Assembly (NCBI GenBank): GCA_965178125.1
Contig: OZ237760.1
Span: forward strand, 62,001-126,000
Reading direction: 5' to 3'
Length of the DNA: 64,000 nucleotides
DNA from: Bilabrum cf. latius
Lineage: Eukaryota
Every line of letters starts with the position of its first letter. The first letter of the stretch is position 1. The notes under the pieces are model-generated. The model saw only the letters and a program-made list of their open reading frames with translations. It ran no database searches and was not told where the DNA came from. Below are positions 12,001 to 22,657 of the stretch, piece after piece. Both the position numbers and the translations under genes were made by a program.

Positions 12001-14797
12001 CCGGCCCAAGGTCTGCCTTGCCCGTGAGCCCCTCCTCCGGACCAGGCGCGTCCCGCTGGCCGCGGCGAGCACGGAAGGCTGCTCCCGGCGCGTCAGGCGA
12101 GGTTAGGTCCTCCTGCATGCCACCGGCGGGGCCCCGCCCACGGATGGCGCGCCACCGGTTGTACGCGCACCGCCCGCCCTGGTCGCCGAGCCTGGCCTCC
12201 CAGTCCCTTGGCAGCGGCTACCTGAAGGCGCCCTGCTCTGCAAGCACGTCCCGCCAGTAGCGAGGGTCCCTCCGCCGGGCCGGGATGTCGATCCAGCGCC
12301 TGCGCACGGCAGCTGTCTCCCCGTGCGCCTCCCCCACGGGCTCACGCGGGGCCATGGGGTCTTCAGGATCGGTGGCCGGTTCAGCCGGCTTCTTGCCGGC
12401 CTTCTGAGCCTCGGCTGCGCGGGCCGTGCGCTCCCTCCAGTACGACTTGGCTTGCTGTACCGCGCTGGTGGGAGGCTTGAGCTCCGACCCTCCGCCCCTC
12501 TTCGGGATGTAGGCGTCCGACACGCGCAGCACGGGGTCGCCCTTGCCCGGGTTCCCGCCGAAGACTCGCTCGATGCTAGCCAGCTGCGCGACAGTTTCGT
12601 CGCTGGGCCGGGATGGGTGCGCCCCCTCTGTGCGCGCCATGCCGTGCGCGAGGGCGCCCAGCGCGTTGCCCAGCCAGTCACGGTCCACCGTGTGTGGCGG
12701 CACGTCGAGGTCCCTGCCCAGCACTGTCTCCTGCTCGTGGAAGTGCATGAAGTTGCCCGCGACCTCCGCGTGCTGGTCTTCGTTGTCCCACAGCTCCATG
12801 GACCCGAGAACGTCCTTGCCCTGCAGATGGTCGCCCGCGGCCTCCGCGTCCTCCACATCACTCTCAGCGCCCTCGTCCACAGCATCCTGCGAGGCGGACG
12901 GGGCCTCGGGGGCATCCGCGTCCATAGCCTCGGCGGCGATTGCGCTTGCCACGTCAGAGCCCTCGTGCTCGAACACCGGAGCAGGTACACCCTGTACCCC
13001 CGTCCCATGAAGCAGCACGCTACCGCCCTCAGACATGTGCACGCCCTCCCCGTCGGCCAGCCCGCCGCCCCCCGCAAGCGACTCGTTCGCCTGCAACTCG
13101 CGCGCGCGCATGACCCTCTCGTCCTCCGACTCGCCCTCCACCGAATCCATGGTGGCCTTGCCGGTGGCGATCAGGTTGGCAATGTCGGGGCGGCCTGCCT
13201 TGAGCACCCTGTAGAAGGCGTTCAGCTGCAGGTACCTCTCCGTCTGCCCCGCGTCTGCGTCTTCGGCCATGCGCTCGGCGTAGAAATGGTACTTCTCCGA
13301 GGGGTGCCTCTTGCGCATGCGGTCCAGCTCGGCCTAGTACACGGGGTCTGCCTCCATGGCATGGTGCAGCAGCGGCACGTTGGACCGCTCGCCCGCCATG
13401 CGCAGCAGGTCCTCCTCGACTAGCCGGTCAGACGTGCGGTACGGGGTCAGCCCGCCCCAGTACGCCACGTCGGGATCCACCACTCTACCAGTCAGCGCGG
13501 CGAACATGCCCACGCCCCCGCGCACCCTGCCCAGGTGGTACGAGTTGCCGCCCGTCAGGGTCAGCCCGGCCGTCACCTCGGGGTAGATCACCCGCGTGCT
13601 GTCCGTAGAGTACCCGAACCGCGCGTTCTGCATGAGGGCCGCCCCGCTGCCCGCGGTGATGCCGTGACCCACCACTGCCAGCGGCTTGGTGTACGTGTGC
13701 GCCAGCCAGTGGAGCTGGTACTCCTCCCTCAGCAGCTCCAGCGCCCTTGCCCTCCTCGTGGGGTTCCGGCGGGCGGTCTCCCACATGTGCGCGACGTCGC
13801 TGCCGCCGCAGAATTGCTTCAGGTCTCTGCCTCGCACCACGACTAGTTTGACGGCCTCATTGGCCTCCAGCTGCGAGAGGTCATGGGAAATTCGGAATGT
13901 GATTGGGGGGGGGGTGGGCAGGACAAGGACACAGAGGAGCAGGCGCGTCAATTGGAACCACTGTCAGCAGCAGTACTAGAGACAGCAGCATCAGCCACGG
14001 TTCATTCATGTATACGTGATCATCAGGCTAGGTTTGCTCCTTGTGTCAACCTCTCTCACCTCTAGCAGCTTTGCAATCAGGTTCCGCACGGTGCCGGCAT
14101 CCAGCACGCCGCGGCCCAGGGGGGAGCCGGATGCCTCCGTGCCCGTCAGGTGCACGATCCTGGCTCCCTACGCGGCCTCTGTGAAGATCCCGGTGGGAGT
14201 GCGCATGGGCTTGGCCCCAGCCCCGACCCTCTTGGTCTCTAGGACCCTGTCAAGCAACCTGCGGGCCTTGATCGAGGCCATGTCCGGGCGCACGAAGTCC
14301 TGCTTGGCGCCGCCGCCCATTCCTTGCGGGAAAAACATAGGGGGCTGTTTGCTACTGTGCGCCTTCCATACTCTGCTTGGGCTCGATGTGAAGCCGCTCT
14401 GCCACCGCCTAGCTTGTCCGTGGTACCCTGCCCGGAGGTGCTGCTGCGAGGCCACGCGCCTTACCGCACTCGCCCAGCGGCCGCTCGAAATGTGCATTCG
14501 GCGCTCGTTTGACGAAGAGGCGGTACTGGGCTAAGACTGCACGGCCTGCTGCCTTGTTCTCCCAATGGGGGCAGCTGGGGCTGCAACAGCAGGACCTGAC
14601 ATGGATGCTGATGCGCCTGCTCGAGTGCTGGAAGCGCGGACATTTGCGCTGTCCCTAGCCACAACTGGTGGAACTGGTATGAATTGGCCCGTCGGTCGAG
14701 AGCTCTTCCCTGCCTGCGTCCTAGATTTCACACGACTAGACAGGCGGTTCACCGTCAAGGCGGCCTGTCGCCTTGCAGCTCCAAACACCCTGTTCAT
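1..14797 (-). CDS. Giant mitochondrial 3-hydroxyisobutyryl-CoA hydrolase (HIBCH)/mitoribosomal mS47-like protein, >4,860 aa, 3' end outside window; exons 14060..14797 and <1..13870
   Basis: Fourteen ORF-track pieces lie in one frame, separated only by TAG (14531, 14168, 13334, 12218, 11786, 7448, 6803, 6617, 3011, 2270, 2057, 1595, 1067, 767) plus one intron. Arg/Ser-rich N-terminus (MNRVFGAARRQ) looks like a mitochondrial presequence. Crotonase motifs: VKLVVVRG..FCGGSD, EEYQLHWLAHTYTKP, YPEVTAG, GVGMFAALTG. HIBCH-like C-terminal helices SVNEIHQRL..VKVTHRLVAEG..TLSEAMQAEFR..DF lie at ~950-1200. Confidence 0.8.
13871..14059 (-). other. Spliceosomal intron (189 nt) in the HIBCH-like gene
   Basis: Donor GAG|GTGAGA, acceptor ctctcgcag|CTG. 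Contains an in-frame TGA. Splicing gives KLLE-LEANEAVK, continuous with the crotonase motif. Confidence 0.8.
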
Positions 14798-15269
14798 GAC
14801 AGTATGCTGAATTTACTGGTCACGTTGCACTTATTTTGAACTAAAATTGGCAGTAGTAGCGATGTATGCCCAAATGACTCCGTCTGTGGGATATACTGGC
14901 ACAGTTGAAGACGGGACGACAGCACGGCTTCTCCGTCGGCTCAGGGGCACAAATAAAACCAACTTTCTGGATATATGCACCAACTATAGGAATAAAAGCC
15001 ACTAATATGTAGCCTTATAACCAACAAAACTGGTTTCAAGGACCAGTATCACTGTGTTTGTACCGGGTTTGAGCGGATGGCCCATCCAATCATATTCTGA
15101 TATAAATTGTTTTGTACAGTGTCAAATCTGGTTCCATGAAGCCGGCACAGCTACGAACGCAAATCGTGAAGTCACACGATCCTTGAGCATCCTATCATAG
15201 CGACACGTCTTGAACCTTGACAACTAAAATTATTTTGACCCTTTAACGCCGTATTGGTGCCGTTTGATC
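14798..15269. promoter_or_regulatory. AT-rich divergent intergenic region (putative bidirectional promoter)
   Basis: Sharp GC drop between two divergently oriented ATGs (14797 minus, 15270 plus). No specific motif identified. Confidence 0.45.
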
Positions 15270-16652
15270 ATGTAGAATAGGTGGTGGACCCTTGGAGCTG
15301 CACTCGTAGCTTGCGGGACCAGTTTAGCAGCCTGTCCGAAAACTTCGAGCTGCAGAACGTGTCTTGCAGACCCCGAGTGTGGCATGTGCCGCATGCCAAC
15401 TTCTAAGGCGGTTGAGGTGGGCTTACTTGGGCCGCTAGACTCGGCCGGGCTTTCAGACGATGCGCACGGCTCCAATATTCTCGGTATCGAGTGGACGGAC
15501 GGCTTATTTCGTTTCCGTTCCAAGCGCCGTGGGTCTGTTTTCACGGAGGAGGGAGATACGAGCAGCCGCAGCGACCTGGGTCGACGTCGCGCTGTGCAGG
15601 CAGGTGCCATCCTGCTTGATTCAGTTGCTCATGATGAGGTATCAAAAAGCAGCACCCCAGCAGCGTCTTTCTTGCAAACTAGTGGGTCTGATGTTCCGTG
15701 GGATGATAAAACCAAGTAGGCCGCAGTATGCATGTCGCTTTCTCAGGCAATGGATGAGGAATTATGCGCAGATGCTCGCACTAGCGTAGAAGACTGTGAG
15801 GCCCTTCCGGCTGCGGACTCGCTCAGGGGCTCGGCTCGCCTGATCATGCTGGTCGTATGGCTCTTGATCTCCAGTATGGTTGGAGTAGCGGCATTGGTTG
15901 GAATCGGCGCGGCGTGCTTGTAGCCCAAGGCCGCGGCAGCGAGCGAGCAGCGCGTCGAGCAGCTGCCCACAAGCGAGCATGCGTCCCAGGGACCGCTCGT
16001 TTCGCAGCACGGGCCCGTTGCGGCCGGATCGGATCCGCCCAGCAAGCCTCCGAGAGGCTCTGGCTGGAACAGCTTCGCCCCACCGTGTCTGTGCGTGTTC
16101 TGCTGGCAGGACTCAGGACTCGCCAGCAGTCCAGTGCAGCAGCCTGGGGAAGGGGCAGCGGCAGGGGCAGGGGAGGTCAGCGCGGGGGATGGGGCGGACT
16201 CGCTCGGCAGGAGGCACAGGGCCGACCACGAAGGCACGCCTGGCTGTTTGGGCGGGTGCCTAGCGGACGGATCGGACGCGGATTCGCAGGCGGGCGCTGA
16301 GGCATGGGTGGCTGCTCGCGGGGCGGCCGGGCTGCGGCGGCGGGCCATGGATGCTGCCGGTGGAGGTGATGCTAGGGCGGCTGGCGAGCACGGCACGGAG
16401 CCCGCATCTGCGCCCAGTAGCGGTGCGTCTTCGAGGCATGGCGAGTGGCACCCGGCCCCGGGGAGGGGGTCCAGGGCCGTGTGGGAGCAGGCGGCGGCGA
16501 CAGTGTACGGCCCGGGAGAAGAGGAGCCGCACCGCCAGACCTAGCAGCCACAGCGGTTGGGCAGGCGCACCGGTCGAGCGACAGGGGGGCAGTTGCCGGG
16601 CAGGAGACGAAGGCAGAGGAGAGGGTGGGGATCGGAGGTCGTGTCTGGGTGA
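15270..16652 (+). CDS. Hypothetical type I membrane protein with N-terminal PSI-like Cys motif (460 aa with TAG=Gln)
   Basis: ATG-TAG start, then signal-like NRWWTLGAALVACGTSLAA and a PSI-like C..SCRTCLADPECGMC. TM segment LIMLVVWLLISSMVGVAALVGIGAACL. TAGs at 15273, 15717, 15921, 16542 join ORFs 15384, 15732 and 16095. Ends TGA 16650-16652. Confidence 0.6.
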
Positions 16653-16773
16653 TTGATATGCGCAACATGGTGTTCATGCTCATGCTTTGCACGTAATACT
16701 ACCTGTTGTTGCATCCGGATCGTGTGCGTCTAGCAATCATAGATCCACCACAAGTGGTAAATTGCTCGCAGCA

Positions 16774-18207
16774 TTAAGGCTCCTCCCGCTCTGTGCCTCC
16801 GCCTGATCCAGACCCAGCACCAGAGCCAGGTGCAGACTCCTGCCTCGGTCTCACTTCCCACACCCGAATCACGCCATCGTCCCCTGCAGATGCGATCTGC
16901 ATGGCATGCGGGCCACTCGGCCCATCACCCTCTCCGTCCCCGCCCACAGCCGCGCCCGCCGCAGAGGACCTCCCTGGCCTCCACCTCACGCAGTTCACGT
17001 CGCCGGCATGCGCGTCCTCCACCACCGCCAGGGACACAAATCCGATCGAGCTGCTGTCCGCACCACTCCCTGCCTCCTCGTCCTCTGCCTTCCTGTCCGT
17101 GTCGCGCTTGGGCACCGACCTGGCGCTCCCCTCCGCAGCCGGTGAGGGCACCACCTAGACCAGCCGGATCGAGTCGGAGTCATCACCCAGCGCCAGCACA
17201 TCCATCCCGCCGGGTCGGGCCCAGTCTGCAGAGTACACCACGTCCACATCGGCCTGGACCCACCTGCCCGCCCTCGACCAGCCCCTCGCACGGGCCCCGG
17301 GCTCGCTGGACCGGACCACTTGCTTCTCTTTCTCTTTTGAGAGGGTAGAATCCTGCCCGCCATCAGGGCCGCCCCTTTGTTGCAGCACAGAAACGCCCCC
17401 GGCCCCGTCGCACACGGCAAGCCGCTGACCCAGTGCCCCAGGCGCCCTCCCCAGCGAGCCTGGCCCCCCACCCTCCGACCCATCCCGTCTGGGCTCCACG
17501 GCGCATTCCCACGCCGTGCTGGGTGTCCCGATCGTTTCGACGTGCATCCAGTCGTCCATCCGCTCCGCCCACACCATGGCACTGTCGTCATATCCGCAGC
17601 TCACGACGTACTCATCGTCCTCCCCACTCCCCACCCAAGCCACGCTCTTCACGTCGCCCGTGTGCTTCGGGAGGACGGAGATGCACTCGAACTCGCCCTC
17701 GGCCTCGCCCTCCCAGATCCAGACCGTCTTGTCTCTGCCTGAAGTCGCCAGGTACCGGCCGGAGGGGCTGAAGGCCACGCCTTTCACCTCGTTCTCGTGC
17801 CCCTCCAGCTGGGAGAGCATCTCGAAATCCAAGGAGGTTCCGGAAGAGCGGCGCTCCCATACGACAGCCGATCCATCAAATGAAGACCCCGCGAGCAATT
17901 TCCCGCATGGCGACCAAGCAACTCGTCTCACGGTGCGCGTAGGGCCGTCATCCAGGCTGCACACTAGCTTCCACGCCGGTTGGGCGCTGCCCCCAGATTG
18001 ATCCCGGTCCCCGGGCTACGGTCCCTACCAAATTCGAACAACCTTGTCCTAACCGCACGATGCCAACAATTGCCCATCCGGCGACCATGCGACGCACCAC
18101 GCGCGGTCACCGTGACCATCCAATGTGGCCACCTCCTTCGCCTCCCAAGGCAATGCTGCCGGTGTCTCCGGCGTGCTGAGACCAGGCTCTGACACTGCAG
18201 CACACAT
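16774..18207 (-). CDS. CIAO1: Cytosolic Fe-S assembly WD40 protein CIAO1/Cia1 (477 aa)
   Basis: Motifs GHGDRAWCVAWSPDG, RTVRRVAWSPCG..SFD, LEGHENEVKGVAFS..RDKTVWIWE, FECISVL..HTGDVK, AHAGDVNCVRW. In-frame TAGs at 18049, 18025, 18016, 17155. Ends TAA. Confidence 0.92.
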
Positions 18208-18365
18208 TTCTCTGTTGGTAGAGCCAAGATTTTGTGTGAGCGAGCAATTTCGCGTCCACGTGCCGCTCGTCGTCACACGACCGCAGCCAACACGAACAGC
18301 AACTGCGCAAGCATTCCTCTAGCTGGCGCATCACAACCAGTGAACTGCCAGCAAACCAGTCCTGG

Positions 18366-20972
18366 ATGTAGTTATTTTCAAGTCGTCCCTCGGGAGTCAA
18401 TGCTGGCAGGAAGCGGCCCAGAGAACCAGAAGAGGAGGATGGACGGAGAACAGCCATGCGAACCTAGTCTCGTGGAGACGCCTTGCAGAGCCAGTCCATG
18501 GATGCAGCGGAAGCAGGGCGCTTGGAGCATGCAATGAAGCATGCGACATCATTTGAGTAGCTGTAGCTAGTTCCTTAGCTGGTGCATGCGTGCAGGAAAC
18601 TCGGGATTTCGAAGCCGACAGAGGTGCAGCGGCAGTGCATTCCGGCTGCACTTCAGCGCTGCCATGTAGTAGCAGGAGCTCCCACTGGCTCGGGCAAGAC
18701 CGCATCATTTGCTCTCCCAATCTTGCAAGGCCTCTCGCGAGAGCCCTGTCCCGGGTATGCCCTGATCCTCGAGCCGGGCCGCGAGCTGGCGAGGCAGGTG
18801 GGCGAGCAGTTCACCGCACTCGGCGCCTCCATCGGAATCCGAGTCTGCGTCGTGGTAGGGGGTGGAGACATGACCAAGCAAGCAGCCGAGCTGGGCCGCC
18901 GCCCGCACGTGATCGTGGCCACGCCCGGCCGGCTCGCCGACCTCCTAGGCACGAGCGGCAGCGTCAAGGGCTCCCGCATCCTGGGCCGGGCCAAGTTCCT
19001 CGTCCTCGACGAGGCCGATCGGCTGCTGACCCCGTCCTTCGCCGCCGACGTGCGGCCCATTCTGGAGGCCCTCCCCAGCGCAGCCACGGACCAGGACCCG
19101 GAATCGGAAGGCCTCCAGACGATGCTGTACACGGCCACGCTCACGAGGGGCATGAAGGCGGCGCTCAGGGCGGCGGCGCTGGCACCCGAGGCAGTGGAGG
19201 AGCAGGCAAGGAAAGCGGCGGCGGCATCGGCAGCCGGGCGGCTGGCCCAGGCCCAGGCCGAGGCCCAGGGGCAGACGGGGGAGGGTATCGAGGGAGATGT
19301 GGTCCCACCTGCCCTGCCTTCTGCTGCTGGCTCAGAGACCGGGGGCACTGCAGCATCATCTTCCTCGGCCTCATCCTCCTCCTCCTCCTCATCCTCGTCC
19401 TCCGCGGCTGCCTCCAGTGGCCTTACCCAGCGGGCAGCCTCTCGACTGGCGTCTCTCCAGTCCGCCGCTGCCCTCCTCCGCAGAGTGGGACTGGGGTGGG
19501 CCCCGGAGAGGAGGTGGAAGGGGCCCCTCCTGGGCACGGGGTCGGGATCGGGCGGGGGAACAGGGGTGGGCAGTCGCGCGTCAGAATCCTCTGCCAGCAG
19601 CGCGGTGGGTGGCCTCCCCGTGTACACGTACGTGCATTAGGGCATCAAAGATGGCAGGCTGGTGCTGCCGTGGGAGGACGGGGCCGGGGCTGCCGGAGCT
19701 GTGGCAGGGGGTGCATCGTCATCGAGCGGGGCGCAGGAGGGAGGTGGCGACGGGGCGCTCTGGTCCATGCTCTCGGGCGAGACCTCGGGGGATGATCGCG
19801 CCAGTGGGGACCTGCTCGCCTCCAGGTCGCTGACACAGTGCTACCACCTGACCCCCTCCGCTGCCAAGCTCTCCGCGCTGGTGCTGCTGCTGCAGGTGGC
19901 GGGACCCGTGCCGGTCGACGATCGACTGAAAGAGGAGGCGGGGCAATCTGCCGTGGCGGCCGGCAAGGCAAGGGCGAGGCGGAGGCGGGAGCAGGATGAC
20001 GACGCGTAGAGCGAAAGCGATAGTGAGAGTGAGAGTGGGAGTGGGAGCGGTGAAGGCAGTGATAGCGACAGCAACAGTGATAACGATAGCGAGGATGACA
20101 GCGACTCAGAAGGGGATGAAGAGTAGCCAAGCTAGTCGCGAGCATCGTCTGGGCCTGCAACAAAGGCTGAATCTGAAGAGGAATCCGATGGAGGCAGCAG
20201 TGACGATGACGGAAGCAGCAGCGATGAAAACGAAGACAAAGAAGACGATGACGGCGAAAGCAACAGCGACAGCGACTCTGACCGAGACGATCCCCAGCCC
20301 GGGGGTGCCGGGGAGGCCCCCGTGGCTCGCACCATCCGACCTGCAGACCAGGCCTCGGCCGACTCGCTCTCCTGCTGGACGGAGGAGGGGCTGCCCATCC
20401 GGAGTCGCTCCTGCCTCGTGTTCTGCGCCACTGTGGAGCAGTGCCAGCTGGTGGCCGAGACACTGGCCGAGCTGGGCTGGCTGGCGCTGCCGCTGCACTC
20501 GGCCCTCCCCCAGTTCCGCAGGGATCAGGCCCTGGTGCGGTTCCGGTCTGGCAGGGTGCCCATCTTGGTCGCAACTGACGTGGCGGCCCGCGGTTTGGAC
20601 ATCCCGGAGGTGGACCTGGTGGTCAATGTGGACTGTCCCCGGAACCCCGCCGACTATGTGCACCGGGTGGGCCGAACGGCCAGGGCGGGCCGCGGCGGGT
20701 GCGCGGTGACTCTGGTGACGGAGCGGGACGTGTCTCTGGTGCATGCAGTGGAGGAGGCGCTGGGCCACCGCCTTGCCAAGTGCATGTGGACGGACGGCGA
20801 ATGGGCCGAGTCCGCGGTGGCCGCTCGCATGAGCAAGGTGTCCAAGGCCAGTAGGGTGGCCCGGCTGCGCATCGCGGAGCACGGCTTCGAGGACAGGCTG
20901 AACCGGCACACGAGGAGGAAGCACGGGGCCAAGGGCAGGACAAAGCGCGCCATGGCGGCCGTCGGCAAGTGA
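18366..20972 (+). CDS. DDX49: DEAD-box RNA helicase DDX49/Dbp8 (868 aa) with long low-complexity insertions
   Basis: Q motif F..L.L...LVHAC..LG..KPTEVQ, APTGSGKT, PGRELA, TPGR, DEAD, TAT, ARGLD, HRVGRTAR; C-terminus resembles DDX49. Nine in-frame TAGs (18369, 18465, 18558, 18564, 18576, 19638, 20007, 20124, 20133). Ends TGA. Alternative start ATG 18498. Confidence 0.88.
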
Positions 20973-21146
20973 CCACCCATCTTGATGCTTGGCTTCCGGG
21001 GTTTTCGTAGTCTGCAAATCTACATGCCGTGGCGGATAAAGACCCAACTTTGTTGCGCCTGATATTTGATTCGGAGCCAGATGCCACGCTGATGCGCCAC
21101 GTCACGCCCACTCACACGACACTAGCTACGCATGCACAGGGTAAGA

Positions 21147-22387
21147 ATGGTTCGCAGCCAAGTAAACCGAGCCCGCGGACTATTGGTAGGGCATTCTGCG
21201 GTGTGGCTTGCAACTATCGGGGCGTATGCCACCGCCGTGGGAGCAAGTCCGACAAAGCAGTCGAAGATTTAGGGTGCGGTCGTTGGTGCAGTGCTATCCG
21301 ACTCTATGTCTCTCGGAGTCCACTATGAGTATGATGCATAGAAAATTTACGATGCGATGCAAGAGAAGGGCGAGAATCGAATCGAGACGCTGCAATCCCC
21401 TGGCGAGCTGTTTGGCGGTGAGACTTCTGGCGTGGGATGGGGACAACGGAGGTATCATCCTGGTGCCGGCGCTGGCCACGTTACTGACTATGGTCTCGGT
21501 AACGTCATGCTTCTTGAGTACTGCGCCGCGGCGTACAAGTCTAGCAGCAAACCGCAGTTCAATCTGGAAGACTACGCCCGCGGACACGGCAGTACGAAGG
21601 CTGGCAACAGGGCCAATGCAGGGCATGTGGAAACTGGCTGGACACAATGACTCGAACAGCGCTCTAGAATATCGATCAGGGCGTCGATCCAATCCGGGCA
21701 GGCGGCCATTCGAATGCAATGGTGCTCCGCTGGGCGCCGCTGCTGGGAGTGCTGGAGGACGAAGAGGAGCTGGTCCAGGCCGCGAGGGCGCTCACCATCT
21801 TCACGAATCGCAACCAAGAGCCCGTGGATGCCAGTGAGTTCTGGGCCCGTGCCTCTTGGCGTGTGCTGCACGAGGCGCAGACCCCCTTGGAGGCGATCCA
21901 GGAGGCCGTCCGAGTGGTGGGCGAGCACTCCCCTTTCATACGAGAGAAGGTCAGCCAGGGCCTCGCCAAGGCGAAAGAGGCCCAGGACCCCAGCCGTCCC
22001 CTGTTCCAGCAGCCGGCCCACCTCGTTGACGACATCGCGCTCACGAGCATGGCCCGGCTGTGGGACGTGGGCAAGAGCGAGCCCATCAAGGTGGGCAAGG
22101 CATCGCCCACCGAGGGGACACTACCTGGGGCCGTATACTTCTTGGCCAAGTACGGCAGCGACTTCCATGCCGCAGCCAGTGCCAACGCTTTGGTGGGCGG
22201 AGACAACGCCTCCCGGTCCATCCCGATCGGGCTCATGCTGGGGCTGCACCTCGGGCTGGAGGGGCTGCCGGAAAGGCTCGTGGACCAGCTCAAGGACGAC
22301 TACGCGAGGGATAGGCTGGTGAGGCTGGTGAACAAACTGCCTCTTGTTCGAGGCATCAGCGGTGGGACGGGCGGGGAGGAGCTGTGA
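21147..22387 (+). CDS. ADP-ribosylglycohydrolase/crystallin J1-like protein with an apparent 1-nt deletion frameshift near 21588
   Basis: N-half: KI*GAVVGAVLSDSMSLGVHYEYD, YHPG..AG.VTDYG. C-half: LPGAVYFLAKY..DF..A..ANALVGGDNASRSIPIGLMLG. The halves are in different frames. TAGs at 21270, 21339, 21665. Ends ..GGEEL TGA. Confidence 0.75.
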
Positions 22388-22657
22388 CGCTACAGGCGCT
22401 GGCTACGTCGAGGTGTGCGTGCATTCATGGCGCGGGCTCCAGCGCGAGTGTGACTGCGGGGCTAGGGTGCCTGTCGGGGCGGCTGACATCTGTTGTTTAG
22501 AGACAGCAAGGCATATTTATTTTTCAATTTACTTCGGCGGCTATCTTTCGTAGGCATGCCACTTGCGTAGCAGGCCCCGATTCGAGTGCCACAACATGCA
22601 CTGGACCGAAGTAACACTCAGCCGGGCATGAGACGCCTGAGCACGGGCCTTGTACCC

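Noticed and set aside
1182-12106. Long plus-strand ORFs antisense to the giant gene, and similar shadow ORFs such as 42146..44293, 56128..57507 and 59821..61782
   Set aside because: Ser/Ala/Arg-rich antisense or alternative-frame shadows expected in GC-rich coding DNA; no recognisable motifs.
1230-13400. Intein or mobile element as the source of the HIBCH insertion
   Set aside because: No Hint, LAGLIDADG, transposase or RT motifs and no terminal repeats recognised; composition matches host low-complexity coding sequence.
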